From Octopus sinensis (lineage: Eukaryota): DNA of 64,000 bases. The translations under genes and the position numbers were made by a program. Below the pieces are notes generated by a model that had not been told where the DNA came from, ran no database searches, and saw nothing but the letters and a program-made list of their open reading frames with translations. Positions 1-12,290 of the stretch are shown here, piece by piece. Each line of letters opens with the position of its first letter. Positions within the stretch are counted from its first letter, which is position 1. Location: NCBI RefSeq assembly GCF_006345805.1, contig NW_021832220.1, positions 62,001 through 126,000 of the forward strand, given 5' to 3'.

Positions 1-900
1 AACTCAATGAAATCTTCTGATGACATTAACCCTCTTCCGCCTTCTTTTCTAGATAAGTATAATCCTGTTACTCCTACTCTTGGCTGAAGTCTTCCATTCA
101 TATTGAACTCCTTCCTAGTTCTTCTGTTTGGATTTGCTAATTCAGATTTTGTCCAATCTACAGCATTCACTAGATTCAGACCATTTGGTTTTGACTTCAT
201 TAGCTTCTTCATCCTTCTGATAGACTCCTTCTCAATTTCATTTTCATTTCTGCAGTTAGTACTTTGTCAGATAATTGGATGCCTTCACTGCTGACTACCT
301 GCCCCTTTTTATGACAAATATTGCACACTTATCTATGCCAACTTCCATACCTATATCTTTGCTGAAGATTCTTACAGTTTGTATAAAGTAATCTATCTCT
401 TTTTTTTATTCTTACTTAAAAAGCTTCAGATCATCCATGAAGAGCAAATGGTTAATTTTCCCTTTACTATCTTAAAACCAATACTCTGCATTTGCCTTTC
501 TTAATAGTAAACTGAGGAGGATTAAGCATAGCACATATATCAAAAGGGATAACCAGTCTCCTTAGAAAATTCCTCTCTTGATATTAACTTTCACTAAGGC
601 TGTGTTACCTGAGTAGATATCTTCATGCTGTAACTAATCAATTTTCTTGTGTTGTCTGCAATACTGAATATACTCAAACATTCACTTATCCATGAGTGTG
701 CAATCATGTTATAGGCTTTCTTACCTATTCTTGCCATTGTTAAAGTTTTGGCCATTAATTCCTCTAGCCTCCTTTTAAACTTTCTATTCTTCTGGCTGCA
801 AATTCTGGTTGTTAAGGTGCTCATAAATGCTTTCTGAGAGTATTCCTGTTAATGGCTTCCAGTCTAATGGTAAGCAAGTGATTGGTCTATAATTACTAGC
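1..900 (-). mobile_element. Degenerate R4/Dong-like non-LTR retrotransposon, RT-region fragments (in the last TTC36 intron)
   Basis: ORF 594-824 (KAYNMIAHSWISECLSIFSIADN) matches the KAYD/F-x-HSW RT motif and is nearly the same as 57936-58133. Multiple stops and frameshifts. Confidence 0.7.
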
Positions 901-929
901 TATATTGCCCTTGCTTTTGTCTTTCATTC

Positions 930-1500
930 TTATCATCATCATTATTATTTTGGTTTGGATCCAGTTCGGTTTTATTCCAGGTAGGATTTATGTGGGTAGC
1001 GGATTACTCTGTGTAACCTTAGGTATCCACAAGTTTCTAGCTATTTTTCAAGTGCTTAGAACCCTCCTGATAATCCTTGCTGTCCTTATGAGATAAACTT
1101 TCTGTAGGGGCTCCACTGAGCATTCTATTTCAATCTCCTTTAGCCATATGTCTATATCTTTGCTTACTCTTCCCAATGCACCAATTATTATAGGCACCAC
1201 CTTTACCGTTCTTATGCTCCAAATTCTTCCTATTTCAAATTTTAAGGGATTGTATGTTTTTTTGTATCTCATCCTTTTTCTTTACAATCCTGGAATCAAG
1301 TGGGCATGATGGGTTGATCAGTAAGCAACTTCACTTTTCTTTGTCTATAATTGTTGTCTAACTTCTTGTCCATTTGAATAGGAAAGCCCCACAAAATCTT
1401 ATATTTCTCCGATTCTAATACTCTTTCGACTTGATGATTGTACTATGTATTTTTGGCTTCAAATTCCCATTTATGGCACAGTTTCTAGTGTAAAACATTT
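930..1500 (-). mobile_element. R4/Dong-like element 3' end (restriction-like endonuclease C-terminus plus TAA/TGA tail)
   Basis: ORF 1048-1272 ends EIGRIW..VVPIIIGALG..LQKVYLIRTARIIRRVL, the typical R4-clade C-terminus, followed by a short UTR and (TAA/TGA)n. Confidence 0.75.
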
Positions 1501-1781
1501 ACAACCTGGTTGTGCCAACTTGGGGCATTCTGCCACTGTGTGCCACTGCCTTGTTCCAACTTCTGCAGGCTCTACACTTTTCTGACACATTCTCTTCATA
1601 TATATTTTTTCTCGAGTTGTTGGTTTTGATCGCTTGATCTTAGGCTACTACAATTAGGCTCTCTGTTTCTTTTTTTAATTGTCCCTTTTTTTAACCAAGC
1701 CCAGGATTTTGTTCCACATACATCATTATTATTATTATTATTATCATCACCATCATCTTTATCTGTTTTTACTTTTTCTAG

Positions 1782-1948
1782 GTGATGATAAAGGAGCTCT
1801 TGAAGATTTTAAGAGTGCTGCAAGCAGAGGAAGTGCATTTGCGCAACAGATGCTAATTGCGTTGAACCCATATGCTGCTCTGTGTAACCAAATGTTGTGT
1901 GAGGTTATCAATAAGTTAAAGGCTGGAAATATTGAAGAATCCATTTAA
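1782..1948 (+). CDS. TTC36: Tetratricopeptide repeat protein 36, last coding exon
   Basis: Acceptor ttttactttttctag ends at 1781. The exon reads (G)[45 protein letters not shown]..*, matching the TTC36 C-terminus ([34 protein letters not shown], recalled). Stop TAA at 1946-1948. Confidence 0.9.
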
Positions 1949-3619
1949 ATATTTAATTATTTTTGCTGTTTAGTACTTGGTTAACCCTGACCCAGCAATT
2001 CTATGATGTTTCATCTATGACTACCTTCTTTTTTCTAATTCAGACTTAATTACCTAATTATATCTTCTTTGGTGTTGTAGTTTGGCTTCAGTTTTGTCTT
2101 GATTCAGCAAGTCTATGATTAAAAATATTCTGGCCATGATTATTTCAAAGAAAAGAAGTAGGAACAAATGGAAGAAACTTCACAAGTGCCAGTACAAATG
2201 TAGTTTGTCTAGGAGAGAAATTAAATCACTGAAACAAGGTGGAGAAGACTCTCGAGGTTTTCACAAACATTCTCTCTAATGTTAGTTGCATAATAAAATG
2301 TACCCATTCTACACTGTAAAGTGTTGGTAATAGCAAGCACATTTAACCATAAACTGTACCAAAACCACTCAAGATGAGAAGAGAGAGAGAAAAGGAAAAA
2401 TATCACGACTGGTTTCCTTTGTTGCTGTGAATACCGGATGTCACAAGATTGCACATTTTGCGTGGTGGGTCTAGAATCGATTACATTGTGTCCATTAACT
2501 AATTTTATTGACTCTCAAAAAAGGAAAAGCAAATGTATTTGTTTTACCTATTTTTAAAAGTAGTAGGTCACTAGTAAAGAGACATAACTAAACACTACAT
2601 GTCATGTAGCAGAAGAAATGATTTCGTGCTAGTTAGTTACATCCCTTTACATTCTAGATCCACCCCTTCATCCTTGTTGTCATAGTGGGGAGCATGAAGA
2701 TCATGAATTGGGTGATTGAGAGACACCAAAGAATGAACCGGGAAGAAGATGGTGCAAAGCTTGAAGTTACCCAAGTTGAACGGAAGCAGCTGTGTATTTT
2801 GCTGAAGTTTTTAAAACTGCTTTCACTCAAACCATTGTAGGATTTTTCATTTCTTGTACTAACAATTTAGATTTCACCTTCCTTTTGTAAACAAAAGCTC
2901 TTGTTAAATGTTTACTATTTGGTGAACAGCACTCTCTTATACTGTTACACCCAGCTACTTGTCTATTATTTGAACTTGCTATTTAATCCTTTAGTGTTCA
3001 GATTAATTTGTTCAGATTAATTTTGGTTTATTCAGGTTCAAGTGGGGTGGCCACAATATTTGCTTGTAACTTAATTTTCTACATACAGATTTGAAACTTT
3101 GTAAATGGGTGCTTATATGCCAGTGGTTTATAGTTTCGTAATTTTAGCTGATCTTTCTGATTAAATTTGACTTTTATGGGCAGGTAAATTTAATCAACAG
3201 ATGTAAAAACAATAACATTATGAATAAACACTAAAATTCATATTGTTAATACATCTTACCTGTTTGATTTGTTACTAAAATTATCCCAGATGTCAACTGC
3301 CAACAATTTAAAATTTTTAAAGATGAGGTACATTAATTTGAATTAATTAAAATACAGGTGTAATTGGTACAAGATTTTATTCTTTCTCTATATTTGATTC
3401 AAACATTTTCATTGAAAATAAAGTACAAAACTCTTTTTCTAGTCAATATACAATTATGTACTCTTATACAATTTAATGAATTCATTTACATAACAGAATG
3501 CATCTAATAAAAAAAGCTCATTAACAGGTGAGACAAAGGTGAAATCAGGTGTGTAACATACTGAAAATTAATATGTATTTCTCACTTTCACATATTATTT
3601 ATAATAAAATAAAAAGGAA

Positions 3620-4930
3620 TATATAAAATAATATAGTTATGACATATTTCTGTCATGAAACTGCCCAAAGCACCCTTTACACAAGGACACTTTGCAAAAG
3701 GAACACATCTACGAAGTCTCAAGCCGACACCTTTTGGCAGTTTTTCTTTTTTGCAGTCTGCAAACTTTTTTTCTTCCATTTCTTTTCACCTTTATGAAAG
3801 TCAATATTTTCTCTGTTGACATCCACCTCAGTTATTTTGCTTTTCTCCCAGTTCTGTGCTTTCTTGAAGAAAATCCCTCACGTAACTGAAATGCAATGTC
3901 AACCCAAAATTTCAAATGGTCGCAGTCCTTTGATGGCGGAGGTATCTTGTGGCTTTTTGCATATACAATATATAAACTCTAGTTAAATTAACTAAAAACC
4001 ACAAAATGTACATCCACCATTTCTTCCCAGGTTGACCAACTGGGTAATATGTCTGAGATTGGTCAGATTTATCAACCCCACCCATATATTTGTTATAACT
4101 AGGGGCTTCCCCTCAGCACCAACACCACGTTGTTCATTAGTAGACACAAATAAAATCTTGTCTTTTGTCTTTGAAAACAGTAGCTAATAAATTTTCCTTT
4201 TGCATATGTAAAATGTCCTCTCTTTCTTTTAATTTTGTTTTCATTTCACAGTGTAAACCTTTACAGTTGCCCATAACAGTACTGCACATGTAAATACTTA
4301 CACGGGCAAGATTTTCTACCAAAGCCACTGAAGGAAAAAAAAAAAGGTCAAAATAGAGGTGTTGGTGCTGATGGTGAAATGGTTCAGTAAGAGACGATAC
4401 CATATCATATCCCAATCCATATGGTCTGTTTCCATTACATTTTTTACCTGTGTAAACATAGAAGTTTACACAATATCCAGTGTCTAATTCACAAACTTCT
4501 TATACCTTGATCCCCCATTTAGTAGGTTTGGCAGGCATGTACTGCTGAAAATGTACTCTACCCTTACAGCTTATCATGGCTTCATCTACACTGAGATTTT
4601 TCCCAGGTAGATACACAGTTTTATGACTATTAAGGAGTAAATCAATTACAGAACATACTTAGTACAGGGGATCGTAGTTTGGGTCGTTTTTGCTGAATCA
4701 AATTCAAATACTGTGATATTTTGGAATACTTCGTCTTCAACATTATACTTGAGATATATGGATCACCATACCTTACATCTGGACTCCAGTAGTTCCACAG
4801 ATGAGGAAGCTGTTTAACACCAAACATAATATTGATTGTGAAAAATGCTCTCATTTCCGCAGTATAAATTGGCTGCCATAGTGGATCGTTTCTTCCACGA
4901 ATAGAAATTATATGTTGCGCATATTCATTT
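3620..4930 (-). mobile_element. piggyBac (PGBD4-like) transposase remnant
   Basis: Fragments MRAFFTINIMFGVKQLPHLWNYWS (4642-4854) and GYDMVSSLTEPFHHQHQHLYFD..LLATVFKDKR (4137-4415), plus a Cys-rich C-terminus CSFCKVSLCKGCFGQFH (about 3650-3705). Frameshifted; TIRs not identified. Confidence 0.8.
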
Positions 4931-5084
4931 TCTCCGTAACATTTTCAAAAAAGTTTTCTGGTAAAATAAAAATAGATAGGCCAATAATTATATATATTTA
5001 TACATGTGCATGAACTTGAAAAACTGCATGCAGGCACACAACCACACAGCACACATATGTGCACTCCCCCTACATGCATATATA

Positions 5085-5337
<253 letters not shown>

Positions 5338-5415
5338 AAGTTGAGTTGTGGGGTATCGCACGAGTGGGATTATATATGAAAAAAGGTTTGAAAATGCAAT
5401 TTAAACGATGTTTAT

Positions 5416-5460
5416 TTACTTAACCAGTTTCACTCTTTGGTAAAAGATTGTCAAAAGTAA
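5416..5460 (-). ncRNA. Second copy of the U3:A8 hammerhead motif (helix III ACUGGU)
   Basis: Lies in the inverted arm; reverse complement of 6223-6267 with one substitution in helix III. Confidence 0.5.
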
Positions 5461-6222
5461 CATTGAATATTATGGGTTCAAAAAAAGTTTTTTACATAAT
5501 TGTCACATTGAATATTATGAATTCAAAAATGTTTTTTTATACATAATTGTCACATTACATGTATAAATATAGTGTTTGGTAACAGAGATATGTTAAGGGC
5601 ATAAAAAAGTTCAATAGTGTGATGAGAATATTTGGAAAAATTGGCAGAAAAGAATAAAACAAATATATTATTGGAAATTTGGTTGCGTTAATTATTGGTT
5701 GTCGCAAATTGTCACATTACATGTATATATATACAGTCTTTGGTAGAAAGGACATGTTAAAGACATAAGGAAGTGTAATAGTTTGGTGAGAAAGCTTGTA
5801 ATATTGACAGAGAAAATTAAAATGGATATTTTAGACATCTCAGAATATCTTGAATTGAAGACGAGAATTTGTTTTTTACTGACCTGTTTGTTTTAGCAGA
5901 AAAGTTGAATTGAGAGAAAAAAAGATGTGTACCCAGTTTGGTTTATACTTCCCCTTCAAGCATCAATGATTTTGGGGTTATTGGGAGGTGAGTATGCGGG
6001 TGTGAATAGATGTGTCCGTGTGCCTGCTGGTCAGACAGCGTCTGTTTGTCACACACATATATACACACACACACACACATAGTATACAAACATATTTCTG
6101 TTACCAAACACTATATTTATACATGTAATGTGACAATTATGTATAAAAAAACATTTTTGAATTCATAATATTCAATGTGACAATTATGTAAAAAACTTTT
6201 TTTGAACCCATAATATTCAATG

Positions 6223-6267
6223 TTACTTTTGACAATCTTTTACCAAAGAGTGAAACCGGTTAAGTAA
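6223..6267 (+). ncRNA. Minimal type-I hammerhead ribozyme motif, U3:A8 core variant
   Basis: UUACUU [UUGACAA] UCUUUUACCAAAGAGU [GAAA] CCGGU U^ AAGUAA. Stem I is 6 bp, helix III is the palindrome ACCGGU, cleavage triplet GUU. Confidence 0.6.
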
Positions 6268-6333
6268 ATAAACATCGCTTAAATTGCATTTTCAAACCTT
6301 TTTTCATATACATATATATATATATGTATATAT

Positions 6334-8123
6334 ATCATCATCATCATCATCATCGTCGTTTAGCGTCTGTTTTCCATGCTAGCATGGGTTGGATGGTTCT
6401 ACTGGGGTCTGTGAAGCCAGAAGGCTTCATCAGGCCCAGTCAAATCTGGCAGTGTTTCTACGGCTGGATGCCCTTCCTAACGCCAACCACTCCGTGAGTG
6501 TAGTGGGTGCTTTTTACGTGCCACCCGCACAGGTGCCAGACAGAGCTGGCAAACGGCCACGAACGGATGGTGCTTTTTATGTGCCACCGGCACAAGGGCC
6601 AGGCGAGGCTGGCAACGGACACGAAACGGGGCGATGCTGGCAACGGTCGCGAAACGGAAGGTTCTCTTACATGCCACCGGCACTGGTAACACATCTGCAA
6701 TTTCCATTCTGATCCTCACTTGCCTCAACGGGTCTTCACAAGTAGAGTTTCATCATGCCACCGGCACTGGTAATACATCTGCAATTTCCATTGATCGATT
6801 TCGATTCTGATCCTCACTTGCCTCAACAGGTCTTCACAAGTAGAGTTTTGTGTCCCAAGAAGGGAAGGTATGCATACGTAGGCTGGCTCCATCCTAAGTA
6901 GAAGGCCACGGGTTATGGACTCACTTGTCCTGCCGGGTCTTCTCGTGCACAGCACACTTCTAGAGGACTCGGTCTCTAGTCATTTCCTCAGTGAGACCTA
7001 AAGTTCGAAGGTCGTGCTTCACCACCTCGTCCTAGGTTTTCCTGGGTCTACCTCTTCCACAGGTTCCCTCAACCGCTAGGGTGTGGCACTTTTTCACACA
7101 ACTATCTTCATCCATTCTCGCCACATGACCATACCAGCGCAATCGTCTCTCTTGCACACCACAACTGATGCTTCTTAGGTCCAGCTTTTCTCTCAAGGTA
7201 CTTACACTCTGTCGATTATGAACACTGACATTACACATCCATCGGAGCATACTGGCTTCATTTCTTGCGAGCTTACGCATATCCTCAGCAGTCACGGCCC
7301 ATGTTTCACTGCCATGTAGCATGGCTGTTCGTACACACGCATCATACAGTCTGCCTTTCACTCTGTGCGAGAGGCCTTTTGTCACCAGCAGAGGTAAGAG
7401 CTCTCTGAACTTTGCCCGAGCTATTCTTACTCTAGCAGTTACACTTTCAGCACACCCGCCCCCGCTGCTGACTTGGTCACCTAGGTAACGGAAACTATCA
7501 ACTATTTCTAGTTTTTCTCCCTGGAAAGTGACGGAAGTTGGTCTCAGAGCATTTTCAGTGTTTATTGTTCCTGAGCATCTGCCACATACAAAAACCATCT
7601 TCCTAGTTAGCCTTCCTTTGACATTGCTGCACCTCTTATGTGTCCATAGCTTACACTTGGTGCATCTTATAGAGTTTCTACCTACACCTTTTCTACAGAT
7701 CGAGCAGGGCCATCTACCTGAAGGCGTTTGTGATTTGTCTACCTTCCTACTGATTACGACTTTGGTTTTAGCTAGATTGACTCTGAGGCCCTTCGATTCT
7801 AATCCTTGTTTCCACACCTGAAACTTCTCCTCCAGTTCTGATAGCGACTCAGCAATTAGAGCAAGGTCATCAGCATAGAGGAGCTCCCAAGGGCATCCTG
7901 TCTTGAATTCCTCCGTTATTGCCTGGAGGACTATGATAAATAGGAGGGGGCTGAGTACTGAGCCTTGGTGGACACCTACCTCTACCTGGAATTCTTCACT
8001 GTACTCGTTTCCAACCCTCACCCTACTTACAGCATCTCTGTACATGGCCCGCACAGCTCTCACTAACCATTCATCTATCCCTAGTTTCCTCATTGCCCAC
8101 CAGATAAGGGATCGGGGGACCCT
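6334..8123 (-). mobile_element. RTE-clade LINE, 5'-truncated copy 1
   Basis: ORF 7032-8174 has RT motifs GVHQGSVLSPLLF and YADD, the RTE-type Cys-rich insert and RLRWYGHVARM. Long 3' UTR ends in a (TGA)n tail. Truncated at a (TA)n tract. Confidence 0.92.
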
Positions 8124-8157
8124 ATATATATATATATATGTACATATATATATATAT

Positions 8158-8445
8158 ATCATCATCATCATCATCGTTTAACGCCCGTTTTCCGCGCTAG
8201 CACGGGTTGGACGGTTTCGACCGGGGTCTGGGGAGCCAGGGGCTGCCCCAGGCTCCAGTCTGGTCTGGCAGTGTTTCTACAGCTGGATGCCCTTCCTAAC
8301 GCCAACCACTCCGCGAGTGTAGTGGGTGCTTTTTACGTGCCACCTGCACAGGTGCCAGAGGGGTCTGGCATCGGCCACGGTTGGTTGGTGCTTTTTATGT
8401 GCCACCTGCACAGAAGCCAGTCGGAGTGGTGCTGGCATCGGCCAA
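8158..8445 (-). mobile_element. RTE 3'-UTR-only fragment (short truncated copy)
   Basis: Same (TGA)n tail and GTTAGGAAGGGCATCCAGC UTR as the copies at 6334, 24583 and 52547. Confidence 0.85.
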
Positions 8446-8502
8446 TATATATACATATATATATATATACTTTATTTAAAGCAGCAGAAAATTCAACAAA
8501 AT

Positions 8503-8540
8503 CTGTTACTCTGAGTTTCTCGTTGCCGTTCATCAGACAG
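8503..8540 (-). ncRNA. Mirror copy of the 8547-8584 hammerhead
   Basis: Exact reverse complement in the left palindrome arm. Confidence 0.65.
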
Positions 8541-8546
8541 TTTTTA

Positions 8547-8584
8547 CTGTCTGATGAACGGCAACGAGAAACTCAGAGTAACAG
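8547..8584 (+). ncRNA. Minimal type-I hammerhead ribozyme motif, canonical core
   Basis: CUGU [CUGAUGA] A-CG-GCAA-CG-A [GAAA] CUC-A-GAGU A^ ACAG. Stem I CUGU/ACAG, short stem II capped by a GNRA loop, helix III ACUC/GAGU, triplet GUA. Confidence 0.65.
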
Positions 8585-8913
8585 ATTTTGTTGAATTTTC
8601 TGCTGCTTTAAATAAAGCATATTACTCTACCACTGGTATTTGAGTACTCTTTTTTCCACCTTGTTTCACATTTATGTGTTTACTCCGGTATCATCATCAT
8701 CGTTTATGATGATGATGATGATACCGGAGTAAACACATAAATGTGAAACAAGGTGGAAAAAAGAGTACTCAAATACCAGTGGTAGAGTAATATGCTTTAT
8801 TTAAAGCAGCATATATATATACGTGTATATAATATCTACAGACATATACACACAAAATAAAGATGGAGACAGAAAGCAACCCACGCATGCACAGATCTAT
8901 TCCTATGTATAGA

Positions 8914-10021
8914 CTAACAGAAATACCCGGCGTTGCCTGGGTTAAAGAAAATGAAATTTAAAAACGCTGTCTAGATTACACAGCTGAGATACCAACTTTC
9001 TACATTAATAAGTGTCCAACCCATGCTGACATGGGACATAGACATTAAATGAAATGTTAAAAGGAAGTTTTCAATTCATAAGTGTATATAAAGTAAATAC
9101 ACACAATTCAAAAACATGTTTTGTGTAGCTTATTTTGTAACCAAAAAAACAGGTACAACAATGAAAGACCAAATTTTGGTGATTCATTTGACAAAGTCGA
9201 GAGCCAATTTGATGATAAATCTGACCTTGGACCTTGAAAGTTTGCATGAATCCTGGCTCACTTATATCTCTTGTGGCTCCAAACGATGTCATTGTATTGT
9301 CTAACTTTGTTTTGGAATCTTGGTCAGTTGATGACAACATTTTCTTCAATGGCTCCAGAGGTTGGGGGACTGCAGGGAGTTTAACCTTTCCACCACTGCA
9401 GCACAGTGCCGGTGTCTCTCCAGGCCACTTCCTTGCTTTACAATGTATGCACTCCGTTGTCACTGCACCATTGGAAATTCTAGAGTCATCGGCATAATGA
9501 ACTGCTGGATCATAATGGGAAAGTTGCTTCGTAGAAGTTACTTTGCTGAGCTGTTGCAATTATTCTTCATTCTGCAGTGGAGATCCTAGTCCTTGTCAGC
9601 TGTGCAGACCTCTCTTCATCACTTTGAAATGCTCTGGCTTTTGTGGTGCACAGTCTATTTGTTTCTTGGTATGCTTCCCTTTTTGGACAGAGACATTCTT
9701 TTGATTGACCTTCATATTGTAGACATATTTGACACTTTCCTTCTAGGCATGGTTATATATGTATACAGAAATACACGGGTGCAGAGGATAGTAAACAATG
9801 AAAATAACTGGGTAATTATATTTCTTAATATAATTTAGATGGAAATATCAAAACAAGTTTTACTCATTTAATTTACAATAACTACACAACATTAACATCA
9901 ACTGGAAGTTTACAGAGTTTCACTCTATAAAAAGCTGCTAGTTTTAGAGATGACTCTCAGCTAATATACTATTAGTATACTATTAATTATATTGATTATT
10001 AATTAAATATTAAATAGTAGA
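8914..10021 (-). mobile_element. Internally deleted Helitron
   Basis: On the minus strand: 5' A|TCTACT at 10021, 3' hairpin CCCAGGCAACGCCGGG (8926-8941) then TTAG|T at 8914. ORF 9071-9559 has Helitron Rep/Hel N-terminal motifs CIHCKARKWPGE..CCSGGKVKLP and MTSFG..TFKVQGQIYHQIGS. Confidence 0.85.
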
Positions 10022-10109
10022 TTATATTAATATAATATTTTCTGTAAAAATTTCATCCAGCTGTAGAAACTTTGCCAGATCAGATATATTTGAAAAAGAA
10101 GCACACTCT

Positions 10110-10340
10110 AAAGTAGGTGTTCTCAACCTTTTTTTGCTGTGGACCACCAAAATAAGTAATTTTTTTCCTGTGGACCACCTCAAATTTATTATAAAAGAAC
10201 TGCTACTCACAAATATTAGTATCATTTTCACTTTGCAATGAAAGTTTCTTTTCGTTGTTGTAAGGGACATTACAGAGAACAAATAACTGAGAACACCAAT
10301 AACAAAATCAATTTGCAAAAGCTTTATTTGATACAATTGA
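10110..10340 (-). mobile_element. Possible hAT remnant
   Basis: GTGTTCTCAACCTTTTT resembles a Charlie-type terminus. SYLFSVMSLTTTKRN weakly resembles the hAT dimerization region. Confidence 0.35.
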
Positions 10341-10558
10341 ATAGAAAAGTTTACTGAGTCGTGGAAAACACTCCCTTTTATTCAGAAAAAAAGCTGTGCA
10401 GTTAAAATATAACAATGTGAAGGGTAAATTAAAAAAATGTGAGGAGTGAAGTTGGGATCAGTACAAAAGGTCGTGTAAACATTTGAAGGAATATAACAAA
10501 TTGAATTAACTTAAAAATGTCAGCGACATTTAATTTATCCTTTGAGAATGTAACCAGG

Positions 10559-11460
10559 TCAAGACACTTTTATCCCATGCATATTCTTTACGTATAGTTT
10601 CATGTCATCCACAAAGAAACGGTGAGTAATTTTGGTATTTCTGTTTCCTTGTGAACCAGTGAGACAGCCTTCAGGCTTCCTTAACATTAATGACAAGGGG
10701 TTTACAGAAAGTATAAACCATATTACAGAGAGGCTGTCTCCTTGGAATATGCCTTTGTAATACTGTATTCTATCAGTGATAATACAATCACTCTTTGTGC
10801 TTAATTTCAAAATGGTGGCCCACAATGAAGTCAGGTCAGCTATGGTTTTGACTATGGAGTTTTAGCAAGTTGAAGGGATTCCAGTATCCATGGGTAGGGA
10901 ACAGAGTCAAAGGCTAGGTTCCTTCTATGCTCCCGTACCTCTGACATCAGAGTTCTGTTTATTAATAATTGCTCAGCACATCCCCAGACTCCCTTCTTGT
11001 CAGCTGCTTGTTCTGCTGTGGTGATGTTATTGCTTTCACAATGGTCTTGGAGGAAGAGGTTTAAACATGCTGTATATATTTTATACATTAAGTTCTTGCA
11101 TACAATTGGCCGCCGGTAGTTTTTTGCCATTTCGTTTCACTCCAGATTTTCGTCTAGAAGGAATCTACGTCTTCTCGTGAAGGAACTTCTGTGATATTCA
11201 CTGCTTCTCCTTTCATGTGTCTATATACTGCTGCCCGGTTCCAGTTAAATATTTTGTCTATCATTTTTCTCTCGGTTATTCTCTTCTGATGTTGGAGTTT
11301 CTCACTGACAGCTTTTAGCTCCTGGTGGTAACATATGTTGCGGGCCATTTTATCTGTGTCTATGGTTTGTTCATTATCAGTGGCAGTAGTTCCAGAGTCT
11401 TCAGTAATGCTCTCTGTGATGCCAGTCTCGGACTGGTTATGATCTCTGGGTGTGGCTATT
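10559..11460 (-). mobile_element. R4/Dong-like RT fragments
   Basis: NYRRPIVCKNLMYKIYT..AFDSVPYPW, KGIFQGDSLSVIWF..FFVDDMKLY, and the pre-RT segment NRAAVYRHMKG..PSREDVDSF. Confidence 0.85.
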
Positions 11461-11499
11461 GTACTGGTGTGAGATCTGGCAAATCTACTAATATTGCTG

Positions 11500-12290
11500 T
11501 TGGATGGTACATTACTGTTAATGTGGATAACCGGTCTAGGTATTACTGTAGCCTCATAGATGACCCCTTCAGGCTCGTATTGGCCTCCTACTGAACAGTT
11601 ATATACCCTGCAAGAACAAACTGCCTCGTCCCTTGTATTGGGGATACTTGTCAAAATGTTTTTTTTATGTTAGGTGCACAACTAAAGGAGACTCATAGAT
11701 TGTGTCTGTTAAATAAATACCTGAATCTATGTGTGTGTGTGAAATGTTTGTTTATCAATTTAAGGAAATCTTTCCCACACAAGTCTTGACGTTGAGTGAA
11801 AATGGTGGAACAAACCAAACGACATTTCTGCGGTGCTTCCTTTTATGGGTGCTAGGGCCAGGCATATGGGAGATGCAGTCTTTTAAACTCACTCGATACT
11901 AGTACCTCATTGTAGTAGGGAGCTGTGGCATAGAAGATATCTTGGCTTGAGGATAGATTCGAGATCCTCTTGCTTACACCTTTCACTAGCTTCTTGAAAA
12001 CTATAGGGGTGAGGTGGCAGGAGGCTCTGCTAATATAAGACAGTCTCTTGTTTGGCTTGTGACAGGGCCTGTATGTACCAGAGCCCAGATCTAAAGAAAT
12101 ATCTAAGAAATCTACTGTGGTGAGATTAGTCTCAATGGTGATCTCGAGACCCACTGAGCCTAAGGTGCTACTTAGGTCCTTTCTAAGCCTGTCTAATGTG
12201 TGGCTGCTGGCTCCTCTAGAGATGGGTAGGGTGTCATCTCAGTAGAAGCCGAAGAAGACCAAAGGAAACCTCTTCCTTAAGATGTCTATC
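11500..12290 (-). mobile_element. Penelope-like element remnant (YRDD-type RT plus start of GIY-YIG)
   Basis: FGFY*DD, then GLEITIETNLTTVDFLDISLDL..TYRPCHKPN (11852-12154), then CSCRVYNCSVGG..GVIYEATV (11540-11620). Confidence 0.75.

Larger units (their letters stand above)
5338..6310. mobile_element. PLE-associated repeat (pLTR-like) with a 222-bp inverted duplication
   Basis: 5373-5594 is the reverse complement of 6089-6310 with no indels and few mismatches. The same family occurs at about 21270-21960, downstream of a Penelope ORF. Confidence 0.75.
8470..8811. repeat. Two overlapping perfect fold-back palindromes
   Basis: Arms 8470-8541/8546-8617 (72 bp, loop TTTT) and 8601-8701/8711-8811 (101 bp, 9-nt loop). 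Confidence 0.95.

Noticed and set aside
1981-1990. TTAACCCT as a piggyBac terminus for the 3.6-4.9 kb remnant
   Set aside because: No matching inverted terminus was found on the other side, and the 8-mer alone is expected by chance.
6490-6790. Repeat-spacer-like pattern resembling a CRISPR array
   Set aside because: It lies in the 3' UTR of a eukaryotic RTE LINE, the linkers are homologous to each other and between copies, and there are no cas genes.
12236-12250. In-frame UGA in the PLE RT motif (Y*DD) as possible selenocysteine
   Set aside because: It falls at the R of YRDD (intact at about 48205), so CGA-to-TGA decay in a degenerate copy is simpler. No SECIS element is evident.
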